DNA of 64,000 nt from Eledone cirrhosa (lineage: Eukaryota). Positions 13,401-25,052 of the stretch are shown one piece after another. The translations under genes and the position numbers were made by a program. The first letter of the stretch is position 1; every line of letters starts with the position of its first letter. The stretch lies in contig OZ024747.1 of the NCBI GenBank assembly GCA_964016885.1, positions 68,200,001-68,264,000 of the forward strand. The letters run 5' to 3'. Below the pieces are notes generated by a model. That model searched no databases and was not told the DNA's origin. It saw nothing but the letters and a program-made list of their open reading frames with translations.

Positions 13401-16400
13401 GCCATCACTATCAACAACACAGCCATCACTATCAACAACACAGCCATCACTATCAACAACACAACCATCACTATCAACAACACAGCCATCACTATCAACA
13501 ACACAACCATCACTATCAACAACACAGCCATCACTATCAACAACACAGCCATCACTATCAACAACACAACCATCACTATCAACAACACAGCCATCACTAT
13601 CAACAACACAGCCATCACTATCAACAACACAGCCATCACTATCAACAACACAACCATCACTATCAACAACACAACCATCACTATCAACAACACAAGCAAC
13701 ACAACCATCACTATCAACAACACAACCATCACTATCAACAACACAGCCATCACTATCAACAACACAACCATCACTATCAACAACACAACCATCACTATCA
13801 ACAACACAAGCAACACAACCATCACTATCAACAACACAACCATCACTATCAACAACACAACCATCACTATCAACAACACAAGCAACACAACCATCACTAT
13901 CAACAACACAACCATCACTATCAACAACACAACCATCACTATCAACAACACAAGCAACACAACCATCACTATCAACAACACAACCATCACTATCAACAAC
14001 ACAGCCATCACTATCAACAACACAACCATCACTATCAACAACACAACCATCACTATCAACAACACAAGCAACACAACCATCACTATCAACAACACAACCA
14101 TCACTATCAACAACACAACCATCACTATCAACAACACAAGCAACACAACCATCACTATCAACAACACAACCATCACTATCAACAACACAGCCATCACTAT
14201 CAACAACACAGCCATCACTATCAACAACACAGCCATCACTATCAACAACACAGCCATCACTATCAACAACACAACCATCACTATCAACAACACAACCATC
14301 ACTATCAACAACACAGCCATCACTATCAACAACACAACCATCACTATCAACAACACAAGCAACACAACCATCACTATCAACAACACAACCATCACTATCA
14401 ACAACACAGCCATCACTATCAACAACACAACCATCACTATCAACAACACAACCATCACTATCAACAACACAAGCAACACAACCATCACTATCAACAACAC
14501 AACCATCACTATCAACAACACAACCATCACTATCAACAACACAAGCAACACAACCATCACTATCAACAACACAACCATCACTATCAACAACACAGCCATC
14601 ACTATCAACAACACAGCCATCACTATCAACAACACAACCATCACTATCAACAACACAACCATCACTATCAACAACACAAGCAACACAACCATCACTATCA
14701 ACAACACAACCATCACTATCAACAACACAACCATCACTATCAACAACACAGCCATCACTATCAACAACACAACCATCACTATCAACAACACAGCCATCAC
14801 TATCAACAACACAACCATCACTATCAACAACACAACCATCACTATCAACAACACAAGCAACACAACCATCACTATCAACAACACAACCATCACTATCAAC
14901 AACACAGCCATCACTATCAACAACACAGCCATCACTATCAACAACACAACCATCACTATCAACAACACAAGCAACACAACCATCACTATCAACAACACAA
15001 CCATCACTATCAACAACACAGCCATCACTATCAACAACACAACCATCACTATCAACAACACAGCCATCACTATCAACAACACAGCCATCACTATCAACAA
15101 CACAACCATCACTATCAACAACACAGCCATCACTATCAACAACACAGCCATCACTATCAACAACACAACCATCACTATCAACAACACAGCCATCACTATC
15201 AACAACACAACCATCACTATCAACAACACAGCCATCACTATCAACAACACAGCCATCACTATCAACAACACAACCATCACTATCAACAACACAGCCATCA
15301 CTATCAACAACACAGCCATCACTATCAACAACACAGCCATCACTATCAACAACACAGCCATCACTATCAATAACACAACCATCACTATCAACAACACAAC
15401 CATCACTATCAACAACACAGGCATCACTATCAACAACACAACCCTCACTATCAACAACACAGCCATCACAATCAACAACACAACCATCACTATCAACAAC
15501 ACAACCATCACTATCAATAACACAACCATCACTATCAATAACACAACCATCACGATCAACAACACAGCCATCACTATCAACAACACAACCATCACTATCA
15601 ACAACACAACCATCACTATCAACAACACAACCATCACTATCAACAACACAACCATCACTATCAACAACACAGCCATCACTATCAACAACACAACCATCAC
15701 TATCAACAACACAACCATCACTATCAACAACACAACCATCACGATCAACAACACAACCATCACTATCAACAACACAACCATCACTATCAACAACACAGCC
15801 ATCACTATCAACAACACAACCATCACTATCAACAACACAACCATCACTATCAACAACACAACAATCACTAACAACAACACAACCATCACTATCAACAACA
15901 CAACCATCACTATCAACAACACAGCCATCACTATCAACAACACAACCATCACTATCAACAACACAACAATCACTATCAACAACACAACCATCACTATCAA
16001 CAACACAACCATCACTATCAACAACACAGCCATCACTATCAACAACACAACCATCACTATCAACAACACAACAATCACTAACAACAACACAACCATCACT
16101 ATCAACAACACAACCATCACTATCAACAACACAGGCATCACTATCAACAACACAACCATCACTATCAACAACACAACCATCACTATCAACAACACAACCA
16201 TCACTATCAACAACACAACCATCACTATCAACAACACAGCCATCACTATCAATAACACAACCATCACTATCAACAACACAGCCATCACTATCAACAACAC
16301 AGCCATCACTATCAACAACACAGCCATCACTATCAACAACACAGCCATCACTATCAACAACACAACCATCACTATCAACAACACAGCCATCACTATCAAC

Positions 16401-18015
16401 AACACAGCCATCACTATCAACAACACAGCCATCACTATCAACAACACAGCCATCACTATCAATAACACAACCATCACTATCAATAACACAACCATCACTA
16501 TCAACAACACAGGCATCACTATCAACAACACAACCCTCACTATCAACAACACAGCCATCACAATCAACAACACAACCATCACTATCAACAACACAACCAT
16601 CACTATCAATAACACAACCATCACTATCAATAACACAACCATCACGATCAACAACACAGCCATCACTATCAACAACACAACCATCACTATCAACAACACA
16701 ACCATCACTATCAACAACACAACCATCACTATCAACAACACAACAATCACTAACAACAACACAACCATCACTATCAACAACACAACCATCACTATCAACA
16801 ACACAACCATCACTATCAATAACACAACCATCACTATCAATAACACAACCATCACGATCAACAACACAGCCATCACTATCAACAACACAACCATCACTAT
16901 CAACAACACAACCATCACTATCAACAACACAACAATCACTAACAACAACACAACCATCACAATCAACAACACAACCATCACTATCAACAACACAACCATC
17001 ACTATCAATAACACAACCATCACTATCAATAACACAACCATCACGATCAACAACACAGCCATCACTATCAACAACACAACCATCACTATCAACAACACAA
17101 CCATCACTATCAACAACACAACCATCACTATCAACAACACAGCCATCACTATCAACAACACAACCATCACTATCAACAACACAACCATCACTATCAACAA
17201 CACAACCATCACGATCAACAACACAACCATCACTATCAACAACATGCCATCACTATCAACAACACAACCATCACTATCAACAACACAACCATCACTATCA
17301 ACAACACAACAATCACTAACAACAACACAACCATCACTATCAACAACACAACCATCACTATCAACAACACAGCCATCACTATCAACAACACAACCATCAC
17401 TATCAACAACACAACAATCACTATCAACAACACAACCATCACTATCAACAACACAACCATCACTATCAACAACACAGCCATCACTATCAACAACACAACC
17501 ATCACTATCAACAACACAACAATCACTAACAACAACACAACCATCACTATCAACAACACAACCATCACTATCAACAACACAGGCATCACTATCAACAACA
17601 CAACCATCACTATCAACAACACAACCATCACTATCAACAACACAACCATCACTATCAACAACACAACCATCACTATCAACAACACAGCCATCACTATCAA
17701 TAACACAACCATCACTATCAACAACACAGCCATCACTATCAACAACACAACCATCACTATCAACAACACAACCATCACTATCAACAACACAGCCATCACT
17801 ATCAACAACACAACCATCACTATCAACAACACAACCATCACTATCAACAACACAAGCAACACAACCATCACTATCAACAACACAACCATCACTATCAACA
17901 ACACAGCCATCACTATCAACAACACAACCATCACTATCAACAACACAACCATCACTATCAACAACACAGCCATCACCAACAACAACAATCACTAATACAA
18001 CCATCACCAACAACA
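7410..18015. repeat. 21-bp minisatellite, about 500 copies, consensus atcactatcaacaacaca(a/g)cc, intronic
   Basis: Direct reading; variants include a 9-bp agcaacaca insertion; multi-kb internal duplications. Confidence 0.97.
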
Positions 18016-19579
18016 GTACTAAAGAGGAGGGTGGCTCTGGCTCAACCTGCTAGAAATAAAACCTCCACCAGCTTAAAAAGGGGGAAAGATGCATTGAATA
18101 ATGTTGCCCTAGTTATACCAAAAGCAGGATGGTCATAGTTCACCTTGTAAAGTTTCTTTCTTAGAGGCCTTATGATATGAATATAAAAATTTGCAGATGT
18201 ACTCAACCCCTTCCATCATGGTAAGAGAACCATAAAATCAAAATAACAATATAAAACTTGAGTCATAAAGTGTTGTCATAAATCAAAGAGGAATAAAATG
18301 TTTTGTTGTTATTGATCAGACATTATTTGAGATAAAATATTTCCTTGATACTATTTGTAGGATAACAGGAAGGGCAGCTGTCTTTTCAATAGTCTTACTA
18401 ATATATAAATGTACTTAAGTTCCTATCCACATCAAACAACTCTTTCACAGTACATTATCCCTGCTATAAATTATCGCTTAACACTATTGATATCAAATCA
18501 CCTGAACATTGCTTTGATTTTATCATACAAAACTGTTCCTTTTAAAATGTTAATAATTATCTAAAAGCCTTCCATCATAATTCTATGTATGAACTTTTGT
18601 TAAGTTATGCTCCAAACACCAGCTTAATAACGAGAAAGTTAGTTATTTTATTAACTCCGTCGAAATTCTTAGCTATTTTCAAAATTATTTGAAAATCCTA
18701 AGTACCTTTCATTAAACACATGGTAATGAAATGGTTAAAACATACAGCTTGTGACATTTATAATTACTATAGATATATTTTGGTACTGTCTGAGAATCAA
18801 ACTCACAGCCTCATGATTGTGAATCAAACTCTAACTACTAAGCCATGTGCCTTCACAGAAATATGGTTACAAAAGGATTAAACCAGTGATTCTCAAAAAG
18901 GAGGCACTTGGCTTCCAGGGAGGAAACTTAAAATCCCAAGAAAGGAATTTTAGCTAAAGAAGAAATAGGGGAGGAATATTGGTTGGGTAGGTGTGGGAGG
19001 ATCCAAACTGGGAAAGAATAGTTGGGTACACTGTATATATGTCAAATATACCAATGTAGCCAACTACAAGGGTGGTCACAAGTTAACAGTTCACAAAAAA
19101 GTTAAATGATTTGTTTTAATAAATTGTTTTAATAATTAACACTGTAAAAGTATATATAATAGTGAAAAAAATTACTAGATGACAATTTAAATGGAGGATG
19201 GGGATTGACGAAGCCTGGAATTTCAAGGGGAGAATATGACCTGCGTCTTTGAGAACCAGTGAGTTATATCAAAGACTAGATCTCATTATACATTTATTTA
19301 TTTTGATTTTATGCTTCCTGTTTTCTCTAAACTTTCTTTTACAACATTTTACATCCTCTACTAACATGAGAATGTTAGTCTTTGTTGAAACAATTGTTTT
19401 TACAGCTGGATGTCAGAGCCTCTTTCATGTCTGGAGTAAAACCAGTTTGGTAGTCAGGGAGAAAACTGAAGTCTATAGAGTTATCTACCTTATCTAATAG
19501 AGGTCACCAGACACTGGTTATAGCAGGGATATGTTATATGCATGCTTCTGTGTCTATGTATTTTGTATGCTTGCATGTA

Positions 19580-19616
<37 letters not shown>

Positions 19617-19617
19617 G

Positions 19618-19792
19618 TAGGAGGCTGAAAAGTTCATAGGCTGACCAAGATACTCTCATGGAATGACCAAATGAGGTTTATTTTCAACATAGAGCCGAGA
19701 AAAAAACAATGCAGTTATTAATAAGAATAGTTGAAATTAATGCATGCAAGATTTCATATCACTCCTACATAGTCAGCCTATGAACTTCTCAG
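19618..19792. mobile_element. Tc1/mariner-like MITE
   Basis: TIRs ctgaaaagttcataggctgac / gtcagcctatgaacttctcag; left end abuts (TA)n. Confidence 0.7.
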
Positions 19793-19927
19793 GAAAGCCT
19801 GATGATTTCTTTTGAATGAAACAGTTCTAGTCCAGCAAAAGCCATTTCTATACTAAACTTGATGTTTACACTCTACTAATGTATTGAGTACCTTGCTAAC
19901 TGTGGTTACCCCTGATTGAACTCAGGA
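19790..19927 (+). mobile_element. Short hammerhead-bearing Penelope-like fragment (family of 59994-60170)
   Basis: CTGATGAtttcttttgaatGAAAcagttctagtcc, then gtattgagtacc...tgtggttaccc as in the 60.0-60.2 kb copy; stem III degenerate. Confidence 0.65.
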
Positions 19928-19958
19928 CTCACACACACACATACAGACATATACTTAC

Positions 19959-20093
19959 ATGACATATTTGACTGGTCATCTTGAGACTGTTTCTCCAATG
20001 CCTGTTGCATCTGACTAAGAAGAGCATCAAACTTAACCCGAAACTTCTTCTCTTCAATCTTCCGCGTGTTTTCAAATGCTTCTTTGTAGATAT
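19959..20093 (-). CDS. Host gene exon: (D)IYKEAFENTRKIEEKKFRVKFDALLSQMQQALEKQSQDDQSNMS, coiled-coil-like
   Basis: Acceptor ttgtcttttccag; T|gtaagt donor; 135 nt, phase 1-1. Confidence 0.88.
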
Positions 20094-20419
20094 CTGGAAA
20101 AGACAAATATATGGCTTTTTCACTATCTTTTTATATAGGTGCCAACATGTATGATTAAGAAATTCACTTCACAACTTCCTAGTTCTGAGTTTGTTAATAT
20201 CCCATGGCACCTTCAACAATTGTCATTTACTAAAGCCTCGAGTTGATCAATACTTTGTGACTGAAATTTGGTTGACAGAAACTGTATGGAAGTTCATCAT
20301 GTATATATGTGTATGTGTGTGTCTGTGTCCATCCTATAACTTAGTAATTCGACAAAAAGAGATTGATAAATATAAGTATGAGACTTCAAAAAAAATAAGT
20401 GTTGAGGATTCATTTTATT

Positions 20420-20758
20420 TCAAGGCCCTACTTGGTCACGAATGACCATGGTTTTGCACGTAGAAAGTTTCCCTCTGAGGCACAAGCCTGGGCAAGATTT
20501 GTTTTGTGGAAGACCAGTAGTGGCCCATGCATACCAGTCACCCCTCTCCACGCCACCAATGATGTCCAAGGGAAAGGCAATGGCCGATACAGCTTGGCAC
20601 CAGTGACGTCGCAACTCATTTCTACAGCTGAGTAAACTGGAACAACATGAAATAAAGTGTCTTGCCCAAGGACACAACGCATCACCCGGTCCGAGAATTG
20701 AATTCACAATCTCTTAATTGCAAGCCCAATGCTCTAACCACTAAGCCATACACCTTCA
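20420..20758 (-). mobile_element. CORE-type SINE with a different 3' tail
   Basis: Head and CORE region match the 3071 SINE in reverse complement; 3' part unrelated to the RTE tail. Confidence 0.8.
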
Positions 20759-20872
20759 CAGTAGTGATATGATAGACTAAATCACTGTAAGGTAGTGCCT
20801 CAGAATGGCTGCAGTTAAATAAGTGAAACCATTGAAAGAGTAAAAGAATATGAATATATATATATGTGTATA

Positions 20873-20906
<34 letters not shown>

Positions 20907-20964
20907 CATATGTATATATATACATATCTATGTGTGTGTATATATATATATATATATAAAAAAA

Positions 20965-21156
20965 ATGGTTACGTAGGTGTCACAACAAAAAGCATCCAGC
21001 ACACACTGTAAATATGGTTGACATTAGGAAGGGCATCCAGCCATAGAAACCAAGCCAGAAACAGTTCTGTAGAAGCAAAACATGGTCACCTGACTTGCCT
21101 CAAATGAGACTACCTGTTTAACCCATGCTAATATGGAAAATGGACGTTAAACGGTG

Positions 21157-21160
<4 letters not shown>
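20965..21160 (+). mobile_element. RTE/SINE 3' tail fragment
   Basis: ggttgacattaggaagggcatccagcc...aacccatgct...ggacgttaaacggtgat. Confidence 0.7.
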
Positions 21161-21194
<34 letters not shown>

Positions 21195-21220
21195 AGCAGG
21201 GAAAAGTGGACGTAAAATGA

Positions 21221-22193
21221 TTATGATATATTTGTTTTGCGAGGTTTTTGATATGAAATCGTGTCTCGAAACAAAGCCAGAAACCACCATAAAATCCCTG
21301 ATCAGCAAAACATACCTTTTAAGAAAGCCCACTGTACTAATAGGAAATGTATTATATGTAAAGTAAACCCCCGGATAAACTGTAAAACTAGAAATGTAGT
21401 CTATAGCATAAGATGTACAGAGGGTACTTGCAGAAACATGACAACAGCATACATAGGCAAGACAGCTCGAAGCATAGGAGAAAGGATAGACCAACACTGG
21501 GGGGAACTAAAAGGACGAAAAAACGGGTCAGTACTATACGAACACGCCAGACAACAACAATAGGGTAACATAGACAACATAGAAATTAGAATAATATCTA
21601 AACATAGAAATGACCCAGCAGATAGGCAAATCAGAGAGGCCAGTGAAATAGAGCTTAGAAAGCCAAAGCTAAACAGAAAAAAATGAATGGAATAACAACA
21701 ACACCCAAACAAACAATACTGACCTAAGAGAAATATAAATAAATAAATAAATAAATATATACACAAGCACAATAACAACAAACACATATAAGCACACACT
21801 AGTAAACTAAGATAGAATACAATAACCAAAACACAGTCACCCAAACGCGAACACACTCCAAACACTATACACACACGCAAACGCAGAGAAGAAGACAAAA
21901 ATAAATAAACAGATTAAATAAAAATGGCGTAGATATACAATACAACAGGATGAACATAATAGCACCACTGATGATGTTGCAGATGTGCAACAAAAGAACT
22001 TTGTTAGACTATATATATGTGTTTATATCTATACTATATCTGTATTTTTCACAGTTGGTCAGTCAATGGTAAACATTGAGGACTGAATAAATTAACTGAT
22101 ATAAAAGATACAGAAGCAAAAACCAACCAAACAGTGAGTGTGTTCTGTTATTAATTCTGGCAATATTATTACAACAATATAACTCTCCCCAAG
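21221..22193 (+). mobile_element. Penelope-like retroelement 3' fragment: decayed GIY-YIG endonuclease plus pLTR
   Basis: HCTNRKCIIC..NCKTRNVVYSIRC...AYIGKT.R...R..QH...LYEH, in-frame TAG at 21561, then ...RQIREA...KPKLN; degenerate hammerhead at 21968; flanked by (TA)n. Confidence 0.85.
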
Positions 22194-23029
22194 TATATAT
22201 ATATATTAAAGGGTTCCTAACTAAATTAAAACATTCCAATATAATTATATATATATATAACCTTTTGTTAAATTATGTTACAAATACTGTCTTAACCCTT
22301 TTGATACCAAACTGTCTGAGTCCACCCTAGATTTATGATACAAAGCTACTCATATTGAATACTTCTAAGCTAATTTTATTTTTTTTATTTTTGTTAAGTA
22401 GGATTTTAAATATCAGCTTACTAATGAAAGAGTTATTTTATGAAATTCCTCTAAATATTTTTTAATTATAATTTTTAAAATTAACTGAAACACACAAGCA
22501 GTGTATTTCATTGAAAATGCAGAAACAATGGTTGATAAAGAAATAGTTTTAGTAAATTGCTCATAATTATTCATTAATTAACTGAAATACAATGTATGAC
22601 AATAAAAATATAATAATGAAAGGATTAATAATGTATGTTATCTCTAAACTAATATTGATCCTACCTAGTTGTTTCAAGTTTAAAGTAAAAACTATTTATT
22701 GATTAAATTAGAAAGATACAAAAGAAACTGTGAGAAGGAATTCTATATTCAACAAATACAGGAAGCTAGATACATAGGTGAATACAGTATTATACTTTGT
22801 AAATTATACAGTATTATACTTTGTAAATTTAGTCTGTTGAAACATAACAAAGAATTGATTGATTGTGTCTTAAGTATGTTAAGGACAGCTCTTGGATTGA
22901 GGACATACAAACAGACACACACCTGATATCATACACTGTGGAAGGTTCCTACTGTTTGTTAACTTAGACCAACAGCTGGAGAAAAATTAGTACCAGATAT
23001 TATGGACAGTATATGCAGAAGGTATGTGA

Positions 23030-23370
23030 AGCCTGGCAAGAACTGAAATGAGCATGCTCTGATGTACATGAATAATGAAGCACAGATGAGTTAAGAGAAA
23101 AACTGGGAATAGAAAAAATGTGATGCAAGAGAGAAGGCTGCATTGGTATGGATATGTGATGCCTATGGATGATGATCATTGATTGAAGAAGTACCAAGAG
23201 ATCTCAGTAGAAGAAAGTTGCAGTAAAGGAAGACCTGAGCAGAACTGATAAGAACTGATTCCAAAACAATGAACCTCAAAGAGGAGATGACAAAGGAATG
23301 CAACAAATGGAGACAGACTGTGCCGAAGAAGACCCATCAGCATGAAAAAATTGGATATAAAATGACGATA
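23030..23370 (+). mobile_element. Old degenerate RTE LINE 3' fragment
   Basis: Broken ELREKLGI..RLHWYGYV..KGRP motifs homologous to 52200-52490. Confidence 0.65.
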
Positions 23371-24454
23371 TCAGTAGTTATGTCTGTAAACAGACAGCTA
23401 TTTCTTACTCAAGAGATTTATAATTAAAACAGTCCACCCTGTGAAATGGTAGTGTTGGTGCCATAATAAAATGCATGCAGTTCACCTTGCAAAATGATTG
23501 ACATTAGGATAGACATCCAGTTATAGAAATCATGCCAAAATGGAACCTATGAGAAAGACACGCTCATCATAACAACCTATCCAATCCATGCCAGCAGATG
23601 TATGATAGTCATTAGAGCATCAGATTAAATGTTTATGCTGGCTCTCTGCACCCTGAATTCAAATCCCCTCAAGATCAACTTTTCCTTTCATCCTTTTGTG
23701 ATTGATAAAGTACCAATTCAGGGCAGTGGATTCATGGACTGTTAGACCATTAGAAGAGATGATTCATGGAATATCTATTTCAGTTTTTTGTATTCTAACT
23801 TTCAAATTCCATCTCCTGTCACAGTTGATTTTCTAGTGACAGGATTTTAACTCCAAACACACACGGATGGGATACTTTGTGGTATCTGTTCCTGCATTTT
23901 TAATAATTCTGCCATTCCACTGCCTAATAACACCGTAACAACTGTACCAATTCACCTTTTAACCCTTTCATTACGGTGTTTCTAATGAAAAACATTGCCT
24001 TTCATGCTTCAAGGATTGATAAAATAATGTACCAGTTAAATATTGAGGTTGATATAATCAACTTTCCTTGCCCCAAATCACTGGCATTGTGCCAATGTTA
24101 TAAAGAATTAATAAACTGGTGTCTGGAGCATCATTTAATAAAGGTTTGTTAAATAAATATAAACACTTTAGAACAAATAGCTTTGTAATATAGGATCAGG
24201 AGCAGTTTTAGGTTTGGCATGAAAAGAGTTAAGCTGGTGTTTGGAGCATAACTTAACAAAGGTTCTTACACAAAATTATGCTAAAAGGTTTTAAGGTAAC
24301 TTTAAACACTTTAGGACAAATAGTTGCAAATTATAGAAGCAGAGGTATGAGATTCAGGAGGTTTGGTATTAAAAGGATTAATGTAAAGTTGCCATTAAAA
24401 TGAAAATCAGAATGAGAAACAGCTTTGTAGGGATGACAGAGAAAATGATCTTAC

Positions 24455-24730
24455 CTTTTGTATGAAATATTTTAGGTCCATGGTGTCGGGCATGTTGGCT
24501 TGATTGGTTAGTGAAACGTAAATCATGAACTTTTGTTATATCTCTCATCGGAAGATTCCATGATGTGTATTGGCGTGATGGTAGAATGTCACTTGAGATA
24601 GACTCGAGCGATTTTGCTTTTGACAAGCTAGTTGTCGAAATGTTGTCAAGAGATGGACTTTGTGGCAAATGGTGGTAGCTCCCATGGTTACTTCGGTCAA
24701 GAGAGCGAGAACTGGTGGAAGAGTTAAGTT
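24455..24730 (-). CDS. Host gene exon: (K)LNSSTSSRSLDRSNHGSYHHLPQSPSLDN...HGPKIFHTK, Ser-rich
   Basis: Acceptor tttctttttaactttcag; AAAG|gtaaga donor; 276 nt, phase 1-1, open frame. Confidence 0.87.
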
Positions 24731-24799
24731 CTGAAAGTTAAAAAGAAATAAAGAAAAGAAATATAACATCACTGAGAAAGATGAAGACAATAAATTGCA

Positions 24800-25052
24800 G
24801 AAGCTGATGAGAATAGAGCTAGTAATAAATGTAAAAAGAAATAGAATGAGATGGTTGGGTCATGTGTTGAAGGGAAAATGAAAGTGTCTGGGTGAGATGA
24901 GAGATGAGAATAGAACCAGTGATTGATGCTGTGAAGAAAAATGGAGTGGGATGGTTGGGTCATATGTTGAGAAAGAATGAAAGTCACTGAATGAGATAAA
25001 TAGAGCAAGTGATGAATGATGTAAAGAAAAATGAAAGGAGATCGTTGGGTGA
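24800..25052 (+). mobile_element. Decayed, internally triplicated RTE fragment (left flank of the 26-bp array)
   Basis: Three degenerate copies of agatggttgggtcatgtgttga (RWLGHVL); the RTE sequence resumes at 30378. Confidence 0.6.

Noticed and set aside
7373-18053. 3546-aa and 3554-aa ORFs as real genes
   Set aside because: They arise from a stop-free 21-bp unit, start at non-ATG codons, lack unique domains and sit in an intron whose flanking exons join in frame without them
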